Shown here: positions 17,127 through 25,482 of the stretch, one piece after another
Layout of the letters: each line of letters opens with the position of its first letter
Numbering within the stretch: position 1 is the stretch's first letter
Assembly (NCBI GenBank): GCA_965261715.1
Contig: OZ253471.1
Coordinates: 2,621,422 to 2,685,421 of the forward strand
Direction: 5' to 3'
DNA length: 64,000 nucleotides
Source: Dehalococcoidia bacterium
GTDB taxonomy: Bacteria; Chloroflexota; Dehalococcoidia; Bin125
The notes under the pieces: generated by a model
The model's input: the letters and a program-made list of their open reading frames with translations, nothing else
What the model was told of the DNA's origin: nothing
The model's database searches: none
Program-made: the position numbers and the translations under genes

Positions 17127-18125
17127 TTAGCGCAATTGGTAGGTTGGCGGCTTCTTCCAACGATCTGTTGGGGGATTCTCTTGCTGGGCGAGGGCTTTGC
17201 CTCTCGCCTGTTTCTCCAGCTTCTTGCCCTGGCTGATGATGCGGCGATCGTCCTGCTGCTTGAGTTTGTTCATGGCGGCCGTCGTGGGATTCTGTATCCG
17301 TTTGATCCCTCGTGAAGCTCTGACAACGCCCGATTTCTGCAAGCTCTTCAGGTGAGCCTGGACGTTGCCGTCGGCGGCCCGGCGGAGGCGCTTGTCGATG
17401 CTGTCTCCGTAGATGTTTTCCATCATCTGCCAGGAGGTCTTGGGCTCGCCGTTCTGGAGCTGTTCGAGGATTTGGTCCTCGCGCATCTGGCGGTGAGCGA
17501 CGTACATTTCGAGCCGGTCGCGTGCTTTGCTGTCCTCGGTGTCGCGGATTAGTGGGCCGTGGCCGGGGCAGAGCACCTTGATGTTGGGCAGCTTGAGCAG
17601 GCGTCGAAGTGACGCCATGTAGGAGTTGATGTCGCCGACGACTGTGGTCGTGTTGCCGAGGATGGTGTCGCCGGTGAAGAGGATGCCTTCTTCCTCGATG
17701 TAGTAGCAGAGCGAGTCGACCGAGTGACCGGGGCTGGTCATGACCTGGACCCTGATGCCGCCGTCGAGGTTGATCGTGTCTCCATCGGTGTAGGTCTTGA
17801 CGCCCTCCTTGGGCAGGCGACCCTTGAGTAGCTTGACGGCGTTCTCGGGTACGGCGATCTCTGCCTTGAGGTGCTCGTTGACGTGCTTGAGGTTGCCGGA
17901 GTGGTCGAAATGGTGATGCGTGATTGCCGCGACGCCGATTTCGGAGTGGTCGATGGCCGCGAGGTATCCGCGCAGCATCCAACGGAACTTGTCGATTGCT
18001 TCGCCCGAGTCGATCGTCAGGGTCTGTCCGCCGCGCTGACCGATGATGTAGATGTTGGTCGAGGTCGGGCGCATCGGCTGGTCCTCGGGGACCGGGACCA
18101 TGCGGACGTTGTCGCTGATTTTCAT
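17127..18125 (-). CDS. MBL-fold metallo-hydrolase with lysine/arginine-rich C-terminal tail
   Basis: 332-aa ORF; HxHxDH motif THHHFDHSG; basic low-complexity C-terminus. Confidence 0.7.
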   Translation of the reverse strand: MKISDNVRMVPVPEDQPMRPTSTNIYIIGQRGGQTLTIDSGEAIDKFRWMLRGYLAAIDHSEIGVAAITHHHFDHSGNLKHVNEHLKAEIAVPENAVKLLKGRLPKEGVKTYTDGDTINLDGGIRVQVMTSPGHSVDSLCYYIEEEGILFTGDTILGNTTTVVGDINSYMASLRRLLKLPNIKVLCPGHGPLIRDTEDSKARDRLEMYVAHRQMREDQILEQLQNGEPKTSWQMMENIYGDSIDKRLRRAADGNVQAHLKSLQKSGVVRASRGIKRIQNPTTAAMNKLKQQDDRRIISQGKKLEKQARGKALAQQENPPTDRWKKPPTYQLR

Positions 18126-18152
18126 GATGTGACCTCTCGGCTTGATGCTGGA

Positions 18153-18680
18153 CTAGAAGTCGATCCGGGCCGGGTAGCCCATGACCGAACGCGTGTTGAG
18201 GATCTGGCCGAGGTGTCCGTTGCCGTGGGCGATGCAGGTCTGCAGGATCTGCTGGGACTTGGCCTGGTGGCCGAACTGGACGACGCGGACGGTCTCGGCG
18301 AGGTCGGCGTCGGTGGATGCGTTGAGGTATTGCATCACGTCTTCGTGTACGTCGTTGAAGTAGCCGATCAGATCGCCGGTAGAGGGAATCCGCAAGCCCT
18401 GGGCGTCGGAGCGCTCCATGTCGGTGCCTTGCGCGACCTTGGGGAAGCTCCAGGACTCGTTCAGTCCCTGTCGTAGCCAGACCGGCGGTTTGCGGTCCTG
18501 GCAGACGAAGTTGACGATGTTGTCCTTGGTACGGATGTAGTGCCAGGCGTGGAAGCCGGGCGAGACGGCGTTGTCGTCGTAGCGCCAGTTGAGTTGGTCG
18601 TCGTCGAGGTCGTCGAGCGCGGCGATGTAGCCGTTATGCAGCGCCTCCATGAAGTGGATGAGGAGTTCTTGGACGGTCAT
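18153..18680 (-). CDS. DinB/YfiT-like four-helix-bundle family protein (tentative)
   Basis: 175-aa ORF with spaced His residues (HFMEALH, WHYIRT, HGNGH) reminiscent of the DinB_2 family; weak call. Confidence 0.35.
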   Translation of the reverse strand: MTVQELLIHFMEALHNGYIAALDDLDDDQLNWRYDDNAVSPGFHAWHYIRTKDNIVNFVCQDRKPPVWLRQGLNESWSFPKVAQGTDMERSDAQGLRIPSTGDLIGYFNDVHEDVMQYLNASTDADLAETVRVVQFGHQAKSQQILQTCIAHGNGHLGQILNTRSVMGYPARIDF

Positions 18681-18691
18681 TCGGTACTCCC

Positions 18692-19693
18692 TTAGCTATG
18701 ACTGCCGATGGGGATGTTGGCGACCTGCGGCGCGACATCTCGGGCGAGGAATTCGGGGACGTCGTCGCGCTCGAACATGAAGTGCTGGAACTGGACCTCG
18801 GCGACCCCGGCTTCGGCCAGTTTGCCGAGGGCGTCCACGACTTCGTCGGCGCCGCCGACGAGGCGTCCCATTGCGTTGAACTCGGTCAGGAACTCGTCCA
18901 GTGGCTGACCGGGTCGTCCGAACATGCCCTGGACAAACTTGCCTCCCGCCTCAACCAGTTCGGGCGGACCGACGGCGTGGAACATCATCATTGAGTGTTC
19001 GATTTCGTCGGGATTGCGGTCGATGGCTTCGCAGGCTCGGGCCAGGACATCGCGCTTGTGTCCGTAGGCGTCGGGTGTGAGTGAGACGCAGTTCCACTCG
19101 TCGGCGTATTTCGCGGCCATGGGGATGGTTCGCTTCTCCCCGCCTCCGCCGATCAGGATGGGCGGTCGGCCCGGCTCGGGGTTGGGCAAGCAGTCTGCGC
19201 CGTCCAGTTGGTAGTACTCGCCGCTGTAGTTGGATTGGCCGGGGCTCCAGAGCGCTTGCATGAGGTTGATTGCGTCTTCGAGGCGGTCGAAGCGCTCTTT
19301 GGTCGGCGGGAAGTTGAGACCGTAGGCGTCGTGCTCGGCCTGGTTCCAGCCGGTGCCGAGACCCATGACGAAGCGGCCGCCGGAGAGTTGGTCGATCTGT
19401 GCGGCCATGCGTCCGACATCGACTGGTCGTCGGAAGGTGACCGGTGTGACCATTGGTCCGAAGCGCAGGTTGGAGGTCTGCTCGGCGGCCATGACGAAGC
19501 TGAGGAAGCACTCAAGGCTGTCCTGCTGGTTGCTCGCGATGGGGCCGGTGAAGTAGTGGTCGCTGCGGAAGAGGGAAGGGAAGTCCAGTCGGTCGGCGAG
19601 TTTGAGGATGTGACGCCAGCGATCCCAGGTGAGACCGTTCTGTCCTTCAACCATCAGGGCGACGCGCATCAGTAGTACTCCTGCCACGCGCAT
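18692..19693 (-). CDS. LLM-class F420-dependent oxidoreductase
   Basis: 333-aa ORF; LLM signatures (FGPMVTPVTFRRP, GGRFVMGLGTGW); start may be at MRVALMVEG. Confidence 0.7.
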   Translation of the reverse strand: MRVAGVLLMRVALMVEGQNGLTWDRWRHILKLADRLDFPSLFRSDHYFTGPIASNQQDSLECFLSFVMAAEQTSNLRFGPMVTPVTFRRPVDVGRMAAQIDQLSGGRFVMGLGTGWNQAEHDAYGLNFPPTKERFDRLEDAINLMQALWSPGQSNYSGEYYQLDGADCLPNPEPGRPPILIGGGGEKRTIPMAAKYADEWNCVSLTPDAYGHKRDVLARACEAIDRNPDEIEHSMMMFHAVGPPELVEAGGKFVQGMFGRPGQPLDEFLTEFNAMGRLVGGADEVVDALGKLAEAGVAEVQFQHFMFERDDVPEFLARDVAPQVANIPIGSHS

Positions 19694-19794
19694 CGGCGAT
19701 GCGCCGGTGTTGGCATGGTAAAGGGCAGTCGTACGACCAGACCCTATGCAATCAGAGGCGCCCGGGAATCTTCTGATTACCTCCTCTCGGTGGC

Positions 19795-20153
19795 CGATCG
19801 CCCCCCCTTCTCCCCCCTCGCGGGGGAGATGCCGGAGGCAGAGGGGGGTCTCTCCATTCCAAGGCGTATCTGGTCGCTGGCGGAGGACCCCCCCCCTCTG
19901 TCACTTCGTGACATCTCCCCCCGCAAGGGGGGGAGAGGGGATTTGTGAGTTTTGCAAAGGTCTCCTTGCGGGGGAGATGCCGAAGGCAGAGGGGGGTTCC
20001 CTATCGCAATGCCTATCTGGTCGTCGCCGGCGACCCCCCCTCTGTCACTCCATGACATGTCCCCCCGCACGGGGGGGAGAGCGGAACTGAGAGTTTTGCA
20101 AAGGTCTCCGCGAGGGGGGAAGCGGGGAATGGGGTTATTCAGAGCATTCCTAG
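19795..20153. repeat. cluster of two MITE family B copies plus a family A right end
   Basis: gggggagatgccg(a/g)aggcagagggggg ... cccctctgtcac(t/c)(t/c)cgtgacatctcccc units joined by the linker ttgtgagttttgcaaaggtctcc; ends with ggggttattcagagcattcctag. Confidence 0.75.
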
Positions 20154-21283
20154 CGAGTAAAGGCGATGGCGTCGTCAAGCACGATGACGTCGACAGGATC
20201 GTCGGGATGCCAGACGACTTCGGTGCGCAGTCTCGCTTCGACTTCGACTCCCGACTGCAATCGCACACGGACGACCTGATCGTGCCCGTAGTACTCGCTG
20301 CTGATCACATTGGCGCAGTCGGGGCCGTCATCCTGGCAGGGCTTGAGCGCGAGCTGCTCGGGACGGAGCAGGATGTCGATGGGCTCACCGGTGGATTCTG
20401 TTTGCGGATCGGTAATGACCACGAAGCCCAGCTCAGTCTGGGCGCCGCCGCGGACTCGTTCACCTGGGAGGATGTTGGCGTCGCCGACGAAGGTGCCGAT
20501 GAAGCGCGTCTCCGGGCGGTAGTAGATGTCGTCGGGCGCGCCGATCTGTTCGATTCTGCCATTGCGCATGACGGCGACGCGGTCGGCGAGGGAGAGGGCT
20601 TCCTCGCGGTCGTGCGTGACGAAGACGGCGGCGGTGTTGGCCGCCTTGAGGATGTTGCGCATGGCGAGACGGAGGCTGGCTCGGAGATTCTGGTCGAGGT
20701 TGCTGAAGGGCTCGTCCAGCAGGACCGCGGCCGGCTCGGGCGCGAGCGCCCGGGCGAGCGCCACGCGCTGGGCTTCGCCGCCTGAAAGCTCGTGCGGATA
20801 GCGCTGCGCGAAATCATCGAGGCCGACGAGTTCCAGCATTTCCCTGACGCGCGCGGGTTCCTCGGTGTGTCGGAACCGGCGCAGCGGGCGGCTCCACCAG
20901 GCGTGGTGGCCGTTGGGCAGGCCGAAGGCGATGTTCTCGGCAACGCTGAGGTGCGGGAAGAGGGCAAAGTCCTGGGCGACCATGCCGATGCGGCGTTGTT
21001 CGGGTGGTCGCCAAACTCCGGGTCCGACGGCGGTCTCGCCGTTGATCTGGACCAGACCGCGGTCGGGTCGCTCGAAGCCAGCGAGGACGCGCAGCGTCGT
21101 GGACTTGCCACAGCCGCTGGGTCCGAGCAGGGCGACGATCTCGCCGTGCTGGACCTGGAACGAGGCGTCGCGGACGGCGGCAGTTTCGGCGAACGACTTC
21201 GTTACCTCTCGCACGACCAGCGCCGGGGTGAGGTTGGGATGGCTCTCGGGTTGACTATGCGCGGAGGTCACGGTCTTGTCCAA
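20150..21283 (-). CDS. ABC transporter ATP-binding protein (Fe3+/polyamine importer type, C-terminal TOBE-like domain)
   Basis: Walker A GPSGCGKST, ABC signature LSGGEAQR, Walker B LLDEP. Confidence 0.8.
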   Translation of the reverse strand: MDKTVTSAHSQPESHPNLTPALVVREVTKSFAETAAVRDASFQVQHGEIVALLGPSGCGKSTTLRVLAGFERPDRGLVQINGETAVGPGVWRPPEQRRIGMVAQDFALFPHLSVAENIAFGLPNGHHAWWSRPLRRFRHTEEPARVREMLELVGLDDFAQRYPHELSGGEAQRVALARALAPEPAAVLLDEPFSNLDQNLRASLRLAMRNILKAANTAAVFVTHDREEALSLADRVAVMRNGRIEQIGAPDDIYYRPETRFIGTFVGDANILPGERVRGGAQTELGFVVITDPQTESTGEPIDILLRPEQLALKPCQDDGPDCANVISSEYYGHDQVVRVRLQSGVEVEARLRTEVVWHPDDPVDVIVLDDAIAFTR

Positions 21284-22862
21284 ACAGCAGGATCATCGGT
21301 ATTGCGGCGCAGCCGAGCAAGAGCAACGCGTCGGCCGCTGCTCGGGCGAAATACACATCTGCATGTTGTACCCAGAGGTCGGTGGCCAAGGTCTCGAAGC
21401 CAATCGGCGAAAGCAGCAGTGTGGCGGGTAGTTCTTTCATGGTCGTGAGGAAGACCAATGCGAACCCGGCCAGCACGCCGGGCGCGATTAGGGGAAGCGT
21501 AACGCCGTAGAAGGTTTGCCAGGAGTTTCGGCTGAGCGAGCGCGACGCCTCTTCCAGTCCCGGCTGCACCCGAACCAGGGAGGAACGGAGTCCGGAAATA
21601 GCCTGAGGCAAGAAGAGCACGACGTAGGCGAAGACGAGGATCGCGAGTGTTTGATACAGACCGGGAGTCACTCGCAACGAGAAGAAGATCAACGCGAAGG
21701 CGACCACGATTCCCGGTAGGGCGTACCCGACGTATGCAGCGCGGTCGATGATCCGCGAGAGGAAGCCGGGGCGACGGACGACGACGATCGCGACCGGCAG
21801 CGCCGCTGCGACAGCGACGGCTCCCGCGAGGGCTGATGCTTCCATGGAGTTGAGGGCGGCGGTCCAGAGTCCGGGGAAGGTCTCGCCCTGCTCGATGCCA
21901 TTCGCGAGCCAGTGGAACAACACCGCGACCGGGACGAGCAATGCGAGGGCTGAGATCACGAACAGACCGAACACGGCGGGCCAGCGCAGGCGTCGCAGTT
22001 GAATCAGTCTTGGAGTACGCGCTGCGCCACTGCCGAGCCGGTGATAGCGAGCGTTTCGTCGTTGCGACCAGTCAACGGCCAGGACGACGGCGATCAGGCC
22101 GACGAGCACGATGGAGAGGACGGCAAGGGTTGAGCGATCGAAGGTCGAACCGAAGCGCACATAGATGGCACGGGTGAAGGTGTCGAATCGCATCATTGAG
22201 ACTGCGCCGAAGTCGGAGATGACATAGAGGGCCACCAGCAGTCCACCGGCGGCAAGGGGCACACGCAACTGCGGCACGGTGACTCGCCAGAACGCTCCCC
22301 AGGCGGACTGCCCCAGCGAGCGGGCCGCTTCCTCGATTGCGGGGTCGAGATTGCGCAGCCCGGCCCTGATCACCAACAGCAGATAGGGATAGGTGAACAG
22401 GGTCAGCACGAGCCAGGAGCCAACGAAGCCGTAGAGGGAGGGGATGTGGTCCACGCCGAGAGGGGCGAGCAACTCCTGCAGCGAACCGTGGGGTCCAAGC
22501 GCGACGATGAAGGCGAATGCGCCGACATAGGAAGGAACGGCGAGCGGCATGATCGTGATCGAGCGCCACCAGCGGGCGAAGGGCAGATCGGTGCGCTCGG
22601 TCAGATAGGCCATCGGTAGGGCCAGGGCGGCTGAAGTGGCGGTAACCGAAACTGCGAGCGCAGCGGTGTTGAGCAGCAGTCGCAGGGTCTCCTTGGAGAC
22701 GATGTCGGCCCAGGCATCGGTATCGGCCTGGGCGGCTCGGACGATCAGGTAGATGAGTGGAATGCAGGCCGCAGCGGCTGCCGCGATTGCCAGGATCCAG
22801 ATGATGGGGATGTTGAAGCGGAGGCGCGATGGAATTTCGGCGGTTCCGCTGAGGAAGCTCAT
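21255..22862 (-). CDS. ABC transporter permease, duplicated-domain type (iron(III) permease FbpB-like)
   Basis: 535-aa ORF with about 12 TM segments as two repeated halves; overlaps the ATPase gene. Confidence 0.7.
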   Translation of the reverse strand: MSFLSGTAEIPSRLRFNIPIIWILAIAAAAAACIPLIYLIVRAAQADTDAWADIVSKETLRLLLNTAALAVSVTATSAALALPMAYLTERTDLPFARWWRSITIMPLAVPSYVGAFAFIVALGPHGSLQELLAPLGVDHIPSLYGFVGSWLVLTLFTYPYLLLVIRAGLRNLDPAIEEAARSLGQSAWGAFWRVTVPQLRVPLAAGGLLVALYVISDFGAVSMMRFDTFTRAIYVRFGSTFDRSTLAVLSIVLVGLIAVVLAVDWSQRRNARYHRLGSGAARTPRLIQLRRLRWPAVFGLFVISALALLVPVAVLFHWLANGIEQGETFPGLWTAALNSMEASALAGAVAVAAALPVAIVVVRRPGFLSRIIDRAAYVGYALPGIVVAFALIFFSLRVTPGLYQTLAILVFAYVVLFLPQAISGLRSSLVRVQPGLEEASRSLSRNSWQTFYGVTLPLIAPGVLAGFALVFLTTMKELPATLLLSPIGFETLATDLWVQHADVYFARAAADALLLLGCAAIPMILLFGQDRDLRA

Positions 22863-22934
22863 GGGTTGAGATTATCGGAGATAATTGTCATGAAGTAACA
22901 GAATCGCCGAAACGTCGATCTGGATAGGTTCAGG

Positions 22935-23200
22935 AATGGCTTATGGAACTCTGATCGGTGGCCGGCTTTCGGCAGCTTCCCGCGCGCGGAGACCCTTGCG
23001 TAAGTCGGCATCCCCCCCTTGGGGAGACCTTTGAAAAACTCCTCTTCTCCCCCCTTGCGGGGGAGATGCCGAAGGCAGAGGGGGGGCTCCCCATCTCAAG
23101 GCCTATCTGGTCGCTGGCGCCCCCCCTCTGTCACTCCGTGACATCTCCCCCCGCAAGGGGGGGAGAGGGGATCTGGATCGTTCGGAGCATGCTTATGGAA
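22935..23200. repeat. MITE family B composite cluster inserted between the substrate-binding and permease genes of the ABC operon
   Basis: cttatggaact...cggcagcttcc leader then ttgcgggggagatgccgaaggcagaggggggg...cccctctgtcactccgtgacatctccccccgcaaggggggagaggggat. Confidence 0.75.
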
Positions 23201-24344
23201 GTGCGCCGACTTCTCGGAGGAGATCGAGGGTGCCCTCGAGGTCGGAGAGCGAAGTTAATGCGAGGGACGGTGCGTTGAGCTCGGCCAGGGGGACGAGTTC
23301 AGCGCGGGCGTCGACGCCGGCGGCGACGGGGTACTCACTGGTCTCGTCGCGGAAGTAGGTCTGCCCCTCTTCACTGAGCAGGAAGCGAACGAAGGCAAGG
23401 GCGTTTTCGTCGTTGTCGGATGCGTTGAGGAGCGCGACGCCAGCGATGTTGATCAGGCCTCCGGCTGCGCCGGGGTCGGTGAAATGGTTGGCGGCGGGGA
23501 AGTTCGGATCTTCGGCGGTGAAGCGGAAGAGATAGTAGTGATTGACCATCCCGATATCGAGTTCGCCATCGCCGACGGCCTGAACTTGTGGCGAGTTCTT
23601 GGGATACTCGCGGACATCATTGGCAATCATGCCGCGCAGCCATTGCTCGGTTGCTTCGTCGCCGTGGATCTGTCGCATGGCAGTGACGAACGCCTGGAAG
23701 CTACCGTTGGACGGCGCCCAACCAACGCGGCCGCGCCATTCTTCGTTGACGAGGTCGAAGACGCTGTCGGGTGGGTTGGGGACACGCTCGGGCGAATAGA
23801 CCAGCACGCGGGCCCGTCCGGAAGTGGCGACCCAGCGACCCGAAGCGTCGGCGAATTGTTCTGAGACTCTGTCGATAATGTCGTCGGGGAGCTGGGTCAG
23901 CGCGCCGTTCTCGGCCAGGGCGGCGAGTGCGCCGGCGTCCTGCGCGTAGTAGACATCGGCGGGCGAGCGGCCGCCTTCTTCGAGAATGGCAGCGGCCAGC
24001 TCAGCAGTGCCGGCGTAGCGAACTCGGACCGTAATGCCGGTGAGCTCTTCGAATCGCTCGATGATCGGTCCGACCAGCGATTCACCGCGACCGGAGTACA
24101 CGGTCAGCTCGCCGGGGTCGACGGGTTCGTCCTGTTGTTCGTCTTGTGACCCGTTACTCGTAACGGTCGAAGCGGATTGCGCGGCGTCAGATGAGGAGGA
24201 GGCGCGATCGGCGGCTTCTGTTGCTTCGGAGTTGTCGGCTGTGCAGGCGCTCAGTGTGATCGAGGTGGCAACGATGAGCGCTATTGGGATGAAGAGCGCT
24301 CGTAGAGCGTGCAGGCGCGTCACGGCGATGCGAAGTCTGGACAT
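23193..24344 (-). CDS. Fe(3+) ABC transporter substrate-binding lipoprotein (FbpA/AfuA family)
   Basis: LTVYSGRGESLVGPIIERFEELTGITVRV pattern typical of iron(III) SBPs; signal peptide with lipobox LSAC; start taken at the MSRLR methionine. Confidence 0.65.
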   Translation of the reverse strand: MSRLRIAVTRLHALRALFIPIALIVATSITLSACTADNSEATEAADRASSSSDAAQSASTVTSNGSQDEQQDEPVDPGELTVYSGRGESLVGPIIERFEELTGITVRVRYAGTAELAAAILEEGGRSPADVYYAQDAGALAALAENGALTQLPDDIIDRVSEQFADASGRWVATSGRARVLVYSPERVPNPPDSVFDLVNEEWRGRVGWAPSNGSFQAFVTAMRQIHGDEATEQWLRGMIANDVREYPKNSPQVQAVGDGELDIGMVNHYYLFRFTAEDPNFPAANHFTDPGAAGGLINIAGVALLNASDNDENALAFVRFLLSEEGQTYFRDETSEYPVAAGVDARAELVPLAELNAPSLALTSLSDLEGTLDLLREVGALP

Positions 24345-24416
24345 TGGTGTGACGCTTCCCGACCGGCGAGCGCAGATGATCTGCACCTCATTCCGCCGAC
24401 AGGAGGATTATTTCCT

Positions 24417-24439
24417 AAACTTGCATTTATTGCAAGTTT
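24417..24439. promoter_or_regulatory. perfect 23-bp AT-rich palindrome aaacttgca-tttat-tgcaagttt upstream of the Fe(3+) ABC operon
   Basis: 9-bp perfect arms in an AT-rich island within GC-rich DNA, about 30-70 bp upstream of the candidate SBP start codons. Confidence 0.3.
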
Positions 24440-24472
24440 ATGAGGAATAAGAAGAAACCTGGCCCAAACCAA

Positions 24473-24775
24473 TCACCAGGAGCTCTTGCGGACGCCGGGC
24501 AAGAGGCCGAGTGAGGCCATCTCGCGGAAAGTGATGCGGCTGAGGCCAAACTTGCGCATGTAGGCGCGCGAGCGACCGGTCACGGCGCAGCGGTTCTTGA
24601 TCCGGGAGGGCGAGCTGTTACGCGGCAGCGCCTGCAGCTGGTACTGGATGTTCTGCTTCTCGCGCGGGTTGTTGGTTTCTTTGAGCTGCTGCTTGAGGGC
24701 CGCGCGGCGGCTCTTGTACTTGGCGTGCATCTCGCGACGCTTGAGGTCGCGGTGGATATTCGAGGTTCGGGCCAT
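24473..24775 (-). CDS. rpsN: 30S ribosomal protein S14 (long, non-zinc-ribbon form)
   Basis: 100-aa [27 protein letters not shown]...[10 protein letters not shown] matching the S14 family end to end; no CxxC zinc ribbon; not located in a ribosomal-protein operon. Confidence 0.85.
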   Translation of the reverse strand: MARTSNIHRDLKRREMHAKYKSRRAALKQQLKETNNPREKQNIQYQLQALPRNSSPSRIKNRCAVTGRSRAYMRKFGLSRITFREMASLGLLPGVRKSSW

Positions 24776-24877
24776 GCGTCGTCCAGTGGTTGGGTGTGCA
24801 GATCGTTTTGATGAGCGTAACGGTGATCAGGCGGACAGAGCTAGACCGAGCTTCACAATTGTCATGTTGTGGGTCGA

Positions 24878-24937
24878 TTGCGTGCTGGGGAGCCCCCTCC
24901 GTCACTTCGTGACACCTCCCCCAGAGGGGGAGGTCTG
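24878..24937. repeat. partial MITE family B copy
   Basis: ggggagccccctccgtcacttcgtgacacctcccccagagggggagg. Confidence 0.55.
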
Positions 24938-24942
24938 GAACT

Positions 24943-25404
24943 CTAGTCTCGGCGCTTTCGCTTTTCGATTTTGCGGCCACTCTGCTCTTCGAGGCGGCCG
25001 AGGGCTCGGCCTTTGTCTGGGTGTGGGTCTTTGCGGACACCGTAGATGGCGATGCCTTCGTGATTTTCCGGGAGGTACTCGGTGATGGGAAGACCTTCCT
25101 CATCGCAGAAGAGTAGTCAATGGCAGTATTTCCAACGCTGCATCTCCTCGCAGGGACAGATCCAGGTGGACTCTTTGACCTCTTCGGCCTTGTCCTCGTA
25201 GAAGTTGCAGGGACAGAGCGGACGGCCGTAGTCGTCGATGTGCTTGGCCAGACCAATCACGAGGAATTCGGTGATGTCTTCCTGGGGGTGGAGGTAGGAC
25301 CCACTCTTGTCCGCGAATTTGGTCGCGAACTTGGTCATCTTGTTGAGGTTCTTTTCGGACGCTTGCTGTCGATCGCCCTCGCTGACTCTTTCAACTTCTG
25401 TCAT
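24943..25404 (-). CDS. ferredoxin-thioredoxin reductase catalytic-subunit homolog with an in-frame TGA at the conserved CHC cysteine (candidate selenocysteine; otherwise a pseudogene)
   Basis: table ORF 25117..25404 ends ...LCPCNFYEDKAEEVKESTWICPCEEMQRWKYCH-TGA; the same frame continues LLFCDEEGLPITEY... to TAG at 24943-24945; CPC-16-CPC-8-CH(TGA)-LF spacing matches cyanobacterial FtrC CPC...CPC...CHCMLF. Confidence 0.5.
25084..25104 (-). promoter_or_regulatory. candidate SECIS-like hairpin GAUG(A)GGAA-GGUC-UUCCCAUC beginning about 13 nt downstream of the in-frame UGA
   Basis: 8-bp stem with one bulged A and a GGUC apical loop containing GU, in the position where bacterial SECIS elements occur. 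Confidence 0.3.
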
Positions 25405-25482
25405 CGCGCTCCGCCCGTCTATCCGAATTTCAACTTCGTCGGCAGGTTCACTGTACGTCTTGGGGGATCGAACCGATGGCGG

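Noticed and set aside
24776-24942. Zur box upstream of the orphan S14 gene
   Set aside because: I found only a CACAA-N8-TTGTG inverted repeat and a partial MITE. There was no convincing match to the Zur consensus I remember, so it is left as a check rather than a feature.
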